Positions 37,940 to 47,235 of a DNA stretch of 64,000 bases are shown in pieces; position 1 is the stretch's first letter, and every line of letters begins with the position of its first letter. A program made the position numbers and the translations under genes. Under the pieces are notes generated by a model. The model was not told where the DNA came from. It was given only the letters and a program-made list of their open reading frames with translations, and searched no databases. Source of the DNA: a virus (lineage: Duplodnaviria > Caudoviricetes); the IMG/VR virus record IMGVR_UViG_2814123113_000001, positions 31,666-95,665 of that record; one strand, 5' to 3'.

Positions 37940-38283
37940 TAGATCGCCTCCTCGGCCTCGACCTTCCATTCCATCCCAAAGCGCAGGCGCTGGGGCCGAT
38001 CGGCGACCAGGTACGCGGCGATGACCCCGCCGTCGCCGTCCAGGATCTCGACGCGATCTCCCTTGGCCGGCCTGGGCACCTCCGAGGCGCGCACGCGAAG
38101 AACGATGCGCTCGACGATCGCGCGGCTGTTCGAGCCGAAATCGACTGGCGCATCCTCCTCCATGCGACGCACTCGGATGCCCGTGAGAACCTCGCCGATC
38201 GACGAGATCCAGCCCGCCGGCTCGCCCCAGGTGCGGTAGGCGGCTTCCAGCAGCTGCGCACGGCGCTCCGCCGGCGAGGCCAC
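37939..38283 (-). CDS. head-tail joining protein
   Basis: LRVRASEVPRPAKGD. Confidence 0.7.
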   Translation of the reverse strand: MASPAERRAQLLEAAYRTWGEPAGWISSIGEVLTGIRVRRMEEDAPVDFGSNSRAIVERIVLRVRASEVPRPAKGDRVEILDGDGGVIAAYLVADRPQRLRFGMEWKVEAEEAI

Positions 38284-38286
38284 GGT

Positions 38287-38913
38287 CTACAGCCCCTGCA
38301 GTTCGGGGATGTCGTCGCCGGCGTCTTCGACCTCTTCCGGCGCGGCGATGCGGGCGCGGCCACGGGCGCGGAGCGCCTCGGCCTCATCGGCCGGAACGCT
38401 GACCATCATGCCCACCGCGAGCATGGCGTGGCCGGGTGCAGCCCAGACGATGACCTCGCGCGGGCCTTCATACGGCTCGGCGGGCTCGGCGGCGGGCGAA
38501 GGTTCCGGCGCAGCCTGCGCTGCGGCCAGATCGCCCTTGGCCGATTCGACGTCGGCGAGGGCCTTTTCGAGGTCGGCCTGGTCGGCCTTGGCCTTCTTGA
38601 TGGCCTTCTCGGCGGCCTTGCTTTCGGCCTCGGCCTTGGCCTTGGTTTCGGCGGCTTCCTTGGCGAGCTCGTCGGCGCGCGCCTTGGCGTCGGCCGCATC
38701 CTTGGTCACCTGGTCGGCCTCCGCCAGCAGGGCGGCGGCGTCATCCTTGGCCTTGGCCAGGATCTCGACGGCCTCGGCGCGGGCCTTCTCGGCCGCTTCG
38801 ATCTCGTCCGGCGTGGGGGCGGGCGGCGCTTCCGGCGGGGTTGAGCCCGAACCGGTTTCGGCGGCGAGGAAGGCGAGCGCCGAGACGGCCGCCAAGCAAG
38901 CATAAGTGCGCAT
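38287..38913 (-). CDS. Ala/Glu/Lys-rich head-region protein
   Basis: AGGAG RBS; coiled coil. Confidence 0.65.
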   Translation of the reverse strand: MRTYACLAAVSALAFLAAETGSGSTPPEAPPAPTPDEIEAAEKARAEAVEILAKAKDDAAALLAEADQVTKDAADAKARADELAKEAAETKAKAEAESKAAEKAIKKAKADQADLEKALADVESAKGDLAAAQAAPEPSPAAEPAEPYEGPREVIVWAAPGHAMLAVGMMVSVPADEAEALRARGRARIAAPEEVEDAGDDIPELQGL

Positions 38914-38966
38914 CTAGGCGCTCCTTGGTCAGTTGGAAGGGAAGGAAGGCGACGCGGGCCGGCGCG

Positions 38967-39308
38967 CTAGATGATGGGCACCAGGCGAACGCGGCCGACG
39001 TTGGCGGTCGTCACGGCGACATCCACGGCGTAGCCGACCTTGGTGTTGCCCGAGGACGTCTTGGTCAGGCGCTTGTTGGTGTTGTCCCAGTAGACGAGAT
39101 CGCCGACCGCCCAGGCCTGGCCGGAGCCCGCGCCTTCCTTGGCCATGTCGAGCACGCCCGTCGTCACCAGGACGTTCGGATCGCCGGCGACGGTCGTCAG
39201 CTTGGCGACGCCGAACATGACGCCGATCAGGGCGCCCACGCCAGAGGTCAGGCCGCCGGCGGGCGTCGTCACGTCGATCGCGTCGCCGTGCATCACATAG
39301 TTCTTCAT
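38967..39308 (-). CDS. capsid cement/decoration protein (DUF2190-like)
   Basis: MKNYVMHGD...GDLVYWD. Confidence 0.85.
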   Translation of the reverse strand: MKNYVMHGDAIDVTTPAGGLTSGVGALIGVMFGVAKLTTVAGDPNVLVTTGVLDMAKEGAGSGQAWAVGDLVYWDNTNKRLTKTSSGNTKVGYAVDVAVTTANVGRVRLVPII

Positions 39309-39464
39309 GGGTCTGGTCCTTCGATGGAAGCCGGACGATTCCGGCGAAGACGTCGAAGGCCGCGCAGGGCGGCCTTGGAGATCTGCGCGGGTCCAGAAAG
39401 CCGAAGGGCCGCCACAGCGGGCGGCCCTTCGGAGGCAGGGAGGATCGGATAGGAAGCGGGCGGC

Positions 39465-41489
39465 TTAGTTCGGCGCGACGCCCGGGTTCATGTAGAGGCC
39501 ACGGTGGTCGATGGCCTTGACCGCGAAATCGGTGCGGGCCTTCATCTGGATGCCGTCAACCTCGAAGCCCTGCTTTTCCTCGAGATAGACGCCGTTGTCG
39601 CCCTCCAGGTAGCAGTACTCGATGGTATCGACCTGATTGTAGTTGGCGGCGGCGAACCAAGGCGTAGCGGCAGCGCCGCGACCCAGGCGAGCCTCGACGA
39701 CCACGTTGAAGCCGTTTTCGTAAACGTTCGTGGTGCCCGGGGTGGCGCCAGCCGCTTGCGAGACCGTCGAACCGCGAAGCTTGAGCGCCGGCACCCGATC
39801 CTTGGTCGCCACGATCATATGGGCCGGAAGGATGTTGATGAGGCGGCCCTCGATACCCACCTGAGCGCCGAAGGCGGTTTCCGCCGCTTGCCAGGTGGTC
39901 TCGCCAGGCAGAGCACCCGAACCAGCCAGGTTGCCATGGGAAGCGTGGAACAGCGCCACGCCGTCGCCCATGTTCGGATTGGCGATAAGCGGCGCATAGG
40001 CCGCGTCGCTTTCGAAGTCCGCGCAGGCCCGGCCGAACATGGTCGGGATGCGGGTGAACGCATCGACGTCGTCGTTGATCAGCACCTGGCGCGAGATCGT
40101 GAAGATCCGGCCGTAGGTCGCCAGGGCGTAGACTTCCTTGCCCTCGCCAATGGTCCCCATCTTGAACTGGCCGCCTTCCGGAACCAGCAGGAACGACGGC
40201 GCGCCGCCCATCTGCAGGCGGGTGATTTGCTTGAAGTCGGGCGCCGTGGCGCGGCGCTGCCAAGCACGGAAGGTCTGCGGCGAGGCCTCGTACCCAGCGC
40301 GAAGCGTCTTATTGGCGACGTTGCTGAGGACCGAGGGGAAGTCGCTGGTCGTGTGCTGGCGTTCGAAAACGTGGTTGGCCAGCTGGCGCTTGTTCATACC
40401 GCGAACGCTGCGATCGCCGTTACGCTCGAAGTTGGCGCGGGCCATTTCGAGCAGACTCATGCCGATCCACTCGCGCGCAGCACCCTTCGGCTCGTACCGT
40501 TCCGGCTCATAGCGGTACATCAGCGCGCCCTCGATCGCCGAGCGCATGGTGTCACGCTCATCGACCGTGATCCGCGCGCCCGACATTGCCGGCGTGAGCG
40601 GCGCATCCGTCTTCTGACGTTCGGCGGCGGCATTGAGCAGCGCCGAACGCGCCGCGTCAGGCGAAAGGGTAGTCACCCAGGTACGGACCTGGCCGTCGTC
40701 GATACCGAAGCTGCGGGCTTGTTCGGCGAAGGTCAGCGCCTGGACGGCGTCCATGCGAACGGCGTTCGCACCGGGCTGGGCGCCCTGATCAATCACCAGG
40801 GGCGCCGAGGGCGCGGCCCGGGTCTCGCCAGTCGGCGCGGGCGACGGCGTGCGGGTTTCCGCCGTCGTAGCCGGGTCACCGGCCTGGTTTTCGTCTTCCG
40901 GATCCATGTCTCGGGTCTCCATGTCGATGATGCAGGGGTGGATGTCTTCCGCCGATCGCACCCCTGAAACGGGATCGGCCGGAACCGGGCAGAGCGTGAC
41001 TTCCGTCAGCTCCCAGAGGGTCACCAGGAAGATCGGGACACCGTCTTCCTCGCCCGTGCGCACCATGCGCTTGGGGTTGTATCCGATGCTGACACCCTTG
41101 ATTTCTCGGGCGGCGGCGCGCGCCTCGGCGTTCTTGCTGCGCTCGGTGACCTGGCCAAACTTGGCCGTAGTGACCAAACCCTCGGCGTCGAAGCGGTGGG
41201 CGACGATGTCGCCCAGCTGATCGTCGATCGTCCAACGGGCGTGGGTGTCCAGCAGGGGGACTTGGCCCGCGTCCAGGCGCCGCGCGTCCAGCGCTTGCGG
41301 CGTCATGTCGAGCTCTTCCCAGTAGGGACCGAAATCCCAGCTGTAGCGGAGCACGCGCGTCGAGGTCGCCGCCGTCAGCTCGATGGTATGGTTCTCAGGG
41401 TCATAGGTGCTGGCAACCGCATCCCGACGCTGCGTCTGCAGCTGGGTTTGCTTGCGCACCTTGCCCTTACCCTTGGCGGGCAAGGCCAT
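39465..41489 (-). CDS. prohead protease / major capsid fusion protein
   Basis: PLLDTH, GVSIGY, EVTLCPVPAD; HTTSDFP, DFK, ATYGR. Confidence 0.9.
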   Translation of the reverse strand: MALPAKGKGKVRKQTQLQTQRRDAVASTYDPENHTIELTAATSTRVLRYSWDFGPYWEELDMTPQALDARRLDAGQVPLLDTHARWTIDDQLGDIVAHRFDAEGLVTTAKFGQVTERSKNAEARAAAREIKGVSIGYNPKRMVRTGEEDGVPIFLVTLWELTEVTLCPVPADPVSGVRSAEDIHPCIIDMETRDMDPEDENQAGDPATTAETRTPSPAPTGETRAAPSAPLVIDQGAQPGANAVRMDAVQALTFAEQARSFGIDDGQVRTWVTTLSPDAARSALLNAAAERQKTDAPLTPAMSGARITVDERDTMRSAIEGALMYRYEPERYEPKGAAREWIGMSLLEMARANFERNGDRSVRGMNKRQLANHVFERQHTTSDFPSVLSNVANKTLRAGYEASPQTFRAWQRRATAPDFKQITRLQMGGAPSFLLVPEGGQFKMGTIGEGKEVYALATYGRIFTISRQVLINDDVDAFTRIPTMFGRACADFESDAAYAPLIANPNMGDGVALFHASHGNLAGSGALPGETTWQAAETAFGAQVGIEGRLINILPAHMIVATKDRVPALKLRGSTVSQAAGATPGTTNVYENGFNVVVEARLGRGAAATPWFAAANYNQVDTIEYCYLEGDNGVYLEEKQGFEVDGIQMKARTDFAVKAIDHRGLYMNPGVAPN

Positions 41490-41498
41490 GGCAGGCTC

Positions 41499-43007
41499 CT
41501 AGTTTTGGTTGTCGGTGTTGCCGGCCAGGTAGCCGACGGCAGGCTGCAGGCCGCCCGATCCGTCCACGCGCCGCGCGTCGGTATCGAAGACCACCTTTTT
41601 CTCGTCCGCGAAGGCGAGGAACTCGGCGATCTGGTCGACATGTTCTTGCCAGAACAGGCCCCGCTCACTGAGCGATTGCGGCATGCTCTTGAAGCCCGAG
41701 CGGATCTCCAGCTTTTCGGCCAAGCCGTCCTTGAGAGGATCCACGAACCGGCGGGGCGGAGGCGCCCAGACCGGCTTTACCTGCAGGAACCGCGTGTCGC
41801 CTGTATCCAGCGCAAGCCGGGCCATCCGACGCTGGAACGCCGGGTTACAGACGAACGGGATCATCATATTCTGCTGCCAATCATCCAGATTGGCCCAGAA
41901 GCCCAGCAACGCGGCTCGGAGGCTTGAGTAGTTCGCCTGGCTCACATCGCCGCTGATCAGATGATAGGGGGCGAGGTTGGCGCTGACGGCGGCGATCTGC
42001 TGCCGAATGAAGGCGATGCTATCGCCGCCTGCAGGCGGCTGAACCGTCGTCGCCGTTTCACCGGGACGCGCTCGAAGGATCATCCCAGGGCGGATGGTCT
42101 CAGGCTCGCGTCGGCGCTTTCCATCACCGCCGCCTTCGCCGCCCGCCGCCTCTTCGCCGAACGGATTGGTCGGGCCGCTACCTTCTCCGGGCGTCAGGAC
42201 CAGAGCCAGACATGCGGAGACCTTCAACTGCATCAGTCGCGCATCCCAGGCGTCCTGGATGTCGCGCAGATCCATGGCGACCGGCGCGAACCAGGAAATC
42301 CCGCGCGCCTGGCCTGCTCTGAGGGGCTCGAACACATGGTCGACGTGTCGGGCCAGAAAGCGCCGCGAGCGCCCCCAGGAGCCGCCGTTGTGCCCAGGAT
42401 GCTGATCAAACAGCCAGTAGGCTGCGCGGTGCGCCCGATCATCAAACTCGACGCCTTGTTCAATACGCGCATGACCGGCGCGGTCTTCGTTCAGCGTCTC
42501 GTCCAGATAGTCGCCCTCAAGAACCCGAATGAAGCCGTCAGGCCCTTTGTCATCGGGCTCCCAGACCTGAAGCATGTCGCCGCCCTCAGCAGCGCCGCGA
42601 AACAGGAGCTTTTGGCAGCCGTACCAGTCCTGGAATCCGTCGACCTTGCTTTCAGCCCAGCGGTCCATTTCGTCCTGGGCGCGTCGCCGGATGGCCTCGT
42701 CGGGATGCTGCGCCCGCGCTGAGATCCCGTCGCCGACGACGTTGGACGTCATGATGCGCAGTGCGGCCGACGCCACCTTGTTGTTGCGCACCAGCTCGCG
42801 CGCGGCGTTTCGTGCGCCCTTCAGGCCTTGGCGGATCTCTCGATCCGCGCTGCCCGCCGTCCTGCGCCAGCCTTGCGTTCGCCGACCATACGCGGCGACG
42901 TCGTACTGGCGCTGCACCTCAAGGGCCATGCGCTCAGCCTGGCGCTTACGGGCCAGGCTTGGCGCAAAGGGCTCGATGACGCGGTCGATCAAGTCACCCA
43001 GCTTCAT
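41499..43007 (-). CDS. portal protein, lambda family
   Basis: ARELVRNN, RAGQARGISWFAP, GDVSQANYSSLR, VDPLKD. Confidence 0.93.
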   Translation of the reverse strand: MKLGDLIDRVIEPFAPSLARKRQAERMALEVQRQYDVAAYGRRTQGWRRTAGSADREIRQGLKGARNAARELVRNNKVASAALRIMTSNVVGDGISARAQHPDEAIRRRAQDEMDRWAESKVDGFQDWYGCQKLLFRGAAEGGDMLQVWEPDDKGPDGFIRVLEGDYLDETLNEDRAGHARIEQGVEFDDRAHRAAYWLFDQHPGHNGGSWGRSRRFLARHVDHVFEPLRAGQARGISWFAPVAMDLRDIQDAWDARLMQLKVSACLALVLTPGEGSGPTNPFGEEAAGGEGGGDGKRRREPETIRPGMILRARPGETATTVQPPAGGDSIAFIRQQIAAVSANLAPYHLISGDVSQANYSSLRAALLGFWANLDDWQQNMMIPFVCNPAFQRRMARLALDTGDTRFLQVKPVWAPPPRRFVDPLKDGLAEKLEIRSGFKSMPQSLSERGLFWQEHVDQIAEFLAFADEKKVVFDTDARRVDGSGGLQPAVGYLAGNTDNQN

Positions 43008-43010
43008 GGC

Positions 43011-43229
43011 CTAGCTCCGATCGAAGGCGACGGCCGAAAAGCCGAACGAAGATGAATTCCCCAACCCGGAGGCGCTCGCGGCGAGCCCCTCAAAGTAGCG
43101 GATGCGCTTCTCGATATCGGCGAAGGACTGATAGGTGACCCGCTCGCCATTGGTCTCGATCGTGAGCTCGCTGTTGGCGAGACCCGACCTAAGCGCGGAG
43201 ATTTCGGCGGCGTAGTCGGGTGCCGGCAT
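43011..43229 (-). CDS. gpW-like head-tail joining protein
   Basis: Small gene between terminase and portal; GERVTY. Confidence 0.75.
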   Translation of the reverse strand: MPAPDYAAEISALRSGLANSELTIETNGERVTYQSFADIEKRIRYFEGLAASASGLGNSSSFGFSAVAFDRS

Positions 43230-45379
43230 CAGAAGCTCCAGTCACGGTTGTCGATCCAGTCATCGTCAGGATCTTGGTTGGGTACCTCCGCCGCTGCTGC
43301 CCCAGCGGCGACAGCAGCGGCGGAGGTTTCCGGAGCCGCAGAGGACGCAGCAGACTCCGAAAGGGGGCGGTTCATCATGCTGACCAGGTCGCCCTGGTTG
43401 GGATCAGCAGCCGCGTAGCGTTGCGCCTGGCCGGCGAGCCAATCTGCCTCTGACAGGTTGTCGAGCGCGAGCGCCTCGGCCGCCGCGCGATTGTAGACGC
43501 GGCAGTCGAGCCAGTGGTTCTGGCGGCCAGCGTCCACCTTCCAGACACGCCGGGTCTCGCCGCCCACCTTTTCGGTGACCACGCTCTCAGCCGTCAGCAT
43601 GTCGAAGTAGTCGGGCGTGGCGTCGCGACCAAAGTGAACCAAACCGCGCGGCTTAGGGCCCTTGCCGCCGCTCTTGGCGTACTCGATCGAGACGCGTAGG
43701 GCGCCGTAGAACGAGAGCTTCGCGCCGAAGGTGCCGACTAGGTGGGCGTCATCACCCGCCTTTTTCCGCGCCTTGCGGCGGTAGTTTCGCCCAAGCTCGA
43801 ATGCGATGGCTTGGCCACGGCCCAGGATCGGCATCGACCAGCCGGGTCGGCCGAACACGACCAGGCGCTTTGGGCTACGGCGGCAGAATGCCTTTGCCGC
43901 TTCGGTGTTGTAGCCGCCGTCGACACAGATCTGGTCAAAGCCATAGGCTTTGCCGCCCGGCATGACGAATGTGCGAGTGGCTACTGTCTCTAGCAGCGCC
44001 CAGGCACCCTCGCCGGGCACATCAGTCGGGCCTGGAAGAAAGCCCTTTCCGAGGCCCCAGTTTTCCAAGCCGTAAGCCCAGCCAAGACCCTCGAAGTAGA
44101 GGCCATCGCCCTGGACGTCGACGCCGAGCGTGAAGATCGAGGGCCCCCACGGCACCTGGCCATCCCCCCAGTCCTGCTCGCGCAAGATCTCGAGCTCTTC
44201 GGCGGGCGGCGCATCGCCCTTGACCTCGAACTCATCCCCCATGTCGAGGTTGGTCCAGGTCTTGAGCTTGTTGACGTCGCCCTGCGCCTCAACGAAGCCG
44301 ACCGCCAGCTGCGCCCAGGTCATGAACGCGCTGATCAGGCCGGTGATGTGATAGCCGCGCCGGCGACCCTGCAGGTCGCGCGCCTTCCAGTAAGCGACTT
44401 CTTGCTCCGCCATCACGCGGGGCGGCTTCTCGCCGTTGATCTCAACGGTCGGGATCCAGCCGTCCGCCAGGCTCATCAGCGCCTTTTCCCAGTGCGCCGT
44501 GGCCACGCCGCAGCATGGCGCGACCAGCTCGACGAGGTCGGGGCGCCCATCCGGCCAGCGGAGATCCGAGAACACCGGATCGAACCGAGACCCGCAATGG
44601 CGGCACTTCAGATAGAACCGGCGCTGATCGCTCGCGCGGTAGCGCTTGCCGATCTTCGAGCCGCCCTTGATCGTCGGCGTCGAGATCCCCAGGCGCTTGG
44701 AAATGCCTTGCCGCGCATAGGTGCGCAGGCGGGCGGTGATCATCCCCTCCGGCGAGCCCTGGTTGTCCAGGTTGTCCGGAAACTGATCGAGGTCGTCCTC
44801 GATGACATAGCGGATCGAGTGCTGGCGCAGCGTGGCGGCCGAATTGGCGCCGGCGATCAGCATCCAGCCGCCGCGCCGGAAACGCACGCGCAGGCTGGTG
44901 GAGCCATCGCCCTTGCGAGCGCCCTTCGGCATCACCGTGCCGCCCTTCTCAGGGTTCAGCCGGCGCGTGGACTCGACCATCGGCCAGAACTTTTCGGCCA
45001 GCCAATCCTTGGCCGCCGTGATCGTCGCCTGGACGTACATCAGCGGGCCAGGGGCGACGTCGCTGATATAGCCGATCCAGTTTTCGCCCGAGGCCGAGCC
45101 GCCCGACTGGGCGCATTTCATGATGTCGATTTCGCTGCACGGGTCGTGCGGCGAAAGGGCCTCCATGATCTCGACCAAATAGGGCGCATTGCTATGCACC
45201 CAAGGGCCGGGCAGCGGAGCGTCGTCGGGAAACTCTCGGTACCGCTCCGCCCACTCTGCGACCGAAAGCCGAGGCGGCGGGCGCAGGCCGGAAGCAAACG
45301 CGTGGTTGATGCGAACGGCGTTCGCACCCAGGACCTCCGCCGCGTAGGGCGATGGCATCAGGAAGGTCTCTGCGTTCAT
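43229..45379 (-). CDS. terL: terminase large subunit (lambda GpA family)
   Basis: KCAQSGGS, ISTPTIKG, SDQRRFY, GVDVQ, NHWLDCRVY. Confidence 0.95.
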   Translation of the reverse strand: MNAETFLMPSPYAAEVLGANAVRINHAFASGLRPPPRLSVAEWAERYREFPDDAPLPGPWVHSNAPYLVEIMEALSPHDPCSEIDIMKCAQSGGSASGENWIGYISDVAPGPLMYVQATITAAKDWLAEKFWPMVESTRRLNPEKGGTVMPKGARKGDGSTSLRVRFRRGGWMLIAGANSAATLRQHSIRYVIEDDLDQFPDNLDNQGSPEGMITARLRTYARQGISKRLGISTPTIKGGSKIGKRYRASDQRRFYLKCRHCGSRFDPVFSDLRWPDGRPDLVELVAPCCGVATAHWEKALMSLADGWIPTVEINGEKPPRVMAEQEVAYWKARDLQGRRRGYHITGLISAFMTWAQLAVGFVEAQGDVNKLKTWTNLDMGDEFEVKGDAPPAEELEILREQDWGDGQVPWGPSIFTLGVDVQGDGLYFEGLGWAYGLENWGLGKGFLPGPTDVPGEGAWALLETVATRTFVMPGGKAYGFDQICVDGGYNTEAAKAFCRRSPKRLVVFGRPGWSMPILGRGQAIAFELGRNYRRKARKKAGDDAHLVGTFGAKLSFYGALRVSIEYAKSGGKGPKPRGLVHFGRDATPDYFDMLTAESVVTEKVGGETRRVWKVDAGRQNHWLDCRVYNRAAAEALALDNLSEADWLAGQAQRYAAADPNQGDLVSMMNRPLSESAASSAAPETSAAAVAAGAAAAEVPNQDPDDDWIDNRDWSF

Positions 45380-45387
45380 CGGCCCTC

Positions 45388-46038
45388 CTAAGTCGCTGGG
45401 CTGTCTTCCTCCTCGATTTCGGCCTCAACCGCCGCCAGGGTGATGTCGGCCGTAAGCTCAGCGGCGGCCTCCGCCTCGAGCTCGCTGGCGATCTTGTCGA
45501 AAAGCTTGTCGAACTCGCCGGCGAGCAGAGCCGCCACGGCGCGCGGGTCGGTCTCCGCCGCGATGCGCTCCGCGTGCTGGCGCACCAGGCCTTGCGTGCG
45601 CTCGCGGATCATCCGGCCCATCTCGCCGGCGCGCCGCTCATACTCCGCCACCGACACCAGCTGGCCCAGCAACCGGCCGTTCTCGATGCGCCGGCGCGTC
45701 GTGCGCTCCCGCATATCGTCCAGCCGCGCTTGCTCGGTTTGGCTCAAAGCCACGGGCGAAGCCCCTACCTGCGTCGGCGACTTGATCGGATTTTTCTCGT
45801 CCGCCGGCGCAGCGGCGGCGGTGCGTTCGATGTCTTTGGGGCGTCCGCGCGTCTGGTCGATCGTGGCCCTGACCAGGATCGCTGACTTCTCAGCGTCGAC
45901 CTTCTCGCGGCCTGGATGATCCGGATCCGGACCCATCACGATCAGGCCGCGCTTGGCCCAATTCGAAACCGCCGAGGGGCCGACCTTCATGAAGGTGGCG
46001 AATTCGGACTTGCTCATCATAGTCATGAATTCACACAT
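45388..46038 (-). CDS. terS: terminase small subunit
   Basis: N-terminal wHTH SKSEFA...VSNWAKRG; upstream of terL. Confidence 0.8.
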   Translation of the reverse strand: MCEFMTMMSKSEFATFMKVGPSAVSNWAKRGLIVMGPDPDHPGREKVDAEKSAILVRATIDQTRGRPKDIERTAAAAPADEKNPIKSPTQVGASPVALSQTEQARLDDMRERTTRRRIENGRLLGQLVSVAEYERRAGEMGRMIRERTQGLVRQHAERIAAETDPRAVAALLAGEFDKLFDKIASELEAEAAAELTADITLAAVEAEIEEEDSPAT

Positions 46039-46267
46039 TTCATAATGAATTCAGCGACCTAACTAACGCGAAAGCGCGCTCAGCCCCACCGCATACGCCG
46101 GGGGCACCCCAGGGAGGACCCGAGGGCATGGGTGATGCGAGGCTAAGGGCCTGAATTGATTGGGGTTTTGGGCATGAGAAAGCCCGCCGCGGTGAACCGG
46201 GCGGGCTGCTGACGCACCTCTGTGCTTGATCCTTTTGTGCCAATACTGATCCCTGATTCGCAAGGGC

Positions 46268-46963
46268 CTATTTCATGAATAGATGCCGCTTCACATCGTG
46301 AAGCTCATACGCCACCACCGAAAGCCCTTCTCGGAGCTCAGCAACGGCAGCGCGGGCGGCGCGGCCGACCTTGCCAAGCGAGCGCAGGGTCGACCCCTCA
46401 CCGGCAACGGCGCGGACGAAGTGCAGCCGCTTGCCTGAACGGTCGGACGCCATGACGGCCTGGTCGATCCTGGTCAGATGCACGCCGATGTAGGCGCGGA
46501 AGAGGCCAGCGGCCACGACGCCGTGCGAGGTTGAGCGCACGGCCTTGGGCTTGTCTTCCAGCTGCGAGCCCAGGCCTGCGCCCTTGCCTGCGTTCTCGAA
46601 GAGGAAGCGGTAGGTCATGGCCGTGCTCACGTCCGTCGCCGTCAGCGCCCCCTTGCGGGCCAGATAGGCCACGCCGTCGCGGCCCAGGGCGTGCACGGCC
46701 CGGTCATCGAACGGCACCACGATGTCCTGGCGGCGCAGGCCAGCGTCGCGCAGCCGCTGCTGGGTGGCCTCGAGCTCGGCGCGTATGACGGCCACCCGGC
46801 GCGCCGCCTCGAGCGCCGCGCCCGGCTCACCAGAAGCCGACAGCTGCATGGCGTCGCGAAGGCCGCGCATCTGGTCAGCAGCCGCATCGCCCAGGGCGTC
46901 GATCGCCCGCATCAGCTCGCCGGCGTCTTCCTCTGGTGTTTGGATTTTTTGATCTTTGATCAT
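46268..46963 (-). CDS. putative late transcription regulator
   Basis: Last gene before the packaging operon; C-terminal HTH-like segment. Confidence 0.45.
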   Translation of the reverse strand: MIKDQKIQTPEEDAGELMRAIDALGDAAADQMRGLRDAMQLSASGEPGAALEAARRVAVIRAELEATQQRLRDAGLRRQDIVVPFDDRAVHALGRDGVAYLARKGALTATDVSTAMTYRFLFENAGKGAGLGSQLEDKPKAVRSTSHGVVAAGLFRAYIGVHLTRIDQAVMASDRSGKRLHFVRAVAGEGSTLRSLGKVGRAARAAVAELREGLSVVAYELHDVKRHLFMK

Positions 46964-46986
46964 TGAAAGCTATCTCAAAGAGACGA

Positions 46987-47217
46987 CGGACAAACGGACA
47001 ATAAGGGGGGACATATCTCGCACATGACGCCCGCATTAGGGTCCACACGGCGGGAATGTCCGTACTGTTCGGAGTGTCCGTTTTCGTCGCAGAGACAGCG
47101 ACTTAGCTGACGGACATTTGGGGCGCTCCGGACATTCCATTGTCCGTTTTTCGCCGGTTCGGGCTGGTCCCCAATGGGGACGCCGGGCCTGAATGTCCGT
47201 CTGTCCGTCAATGTCCG
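46987..47217. repeat. cluster of 10 TGTCCG/CGGACA hexamers (candidate origin iterons)
   Basis: Copies at 46987, 46995, 47057, 47075, 47111, 47129, 47141, 47194, 47202 and 47212. Confidence 0.7.
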
Positions 47218-47235
47218 TCAGTTCGGCGGCCATGG

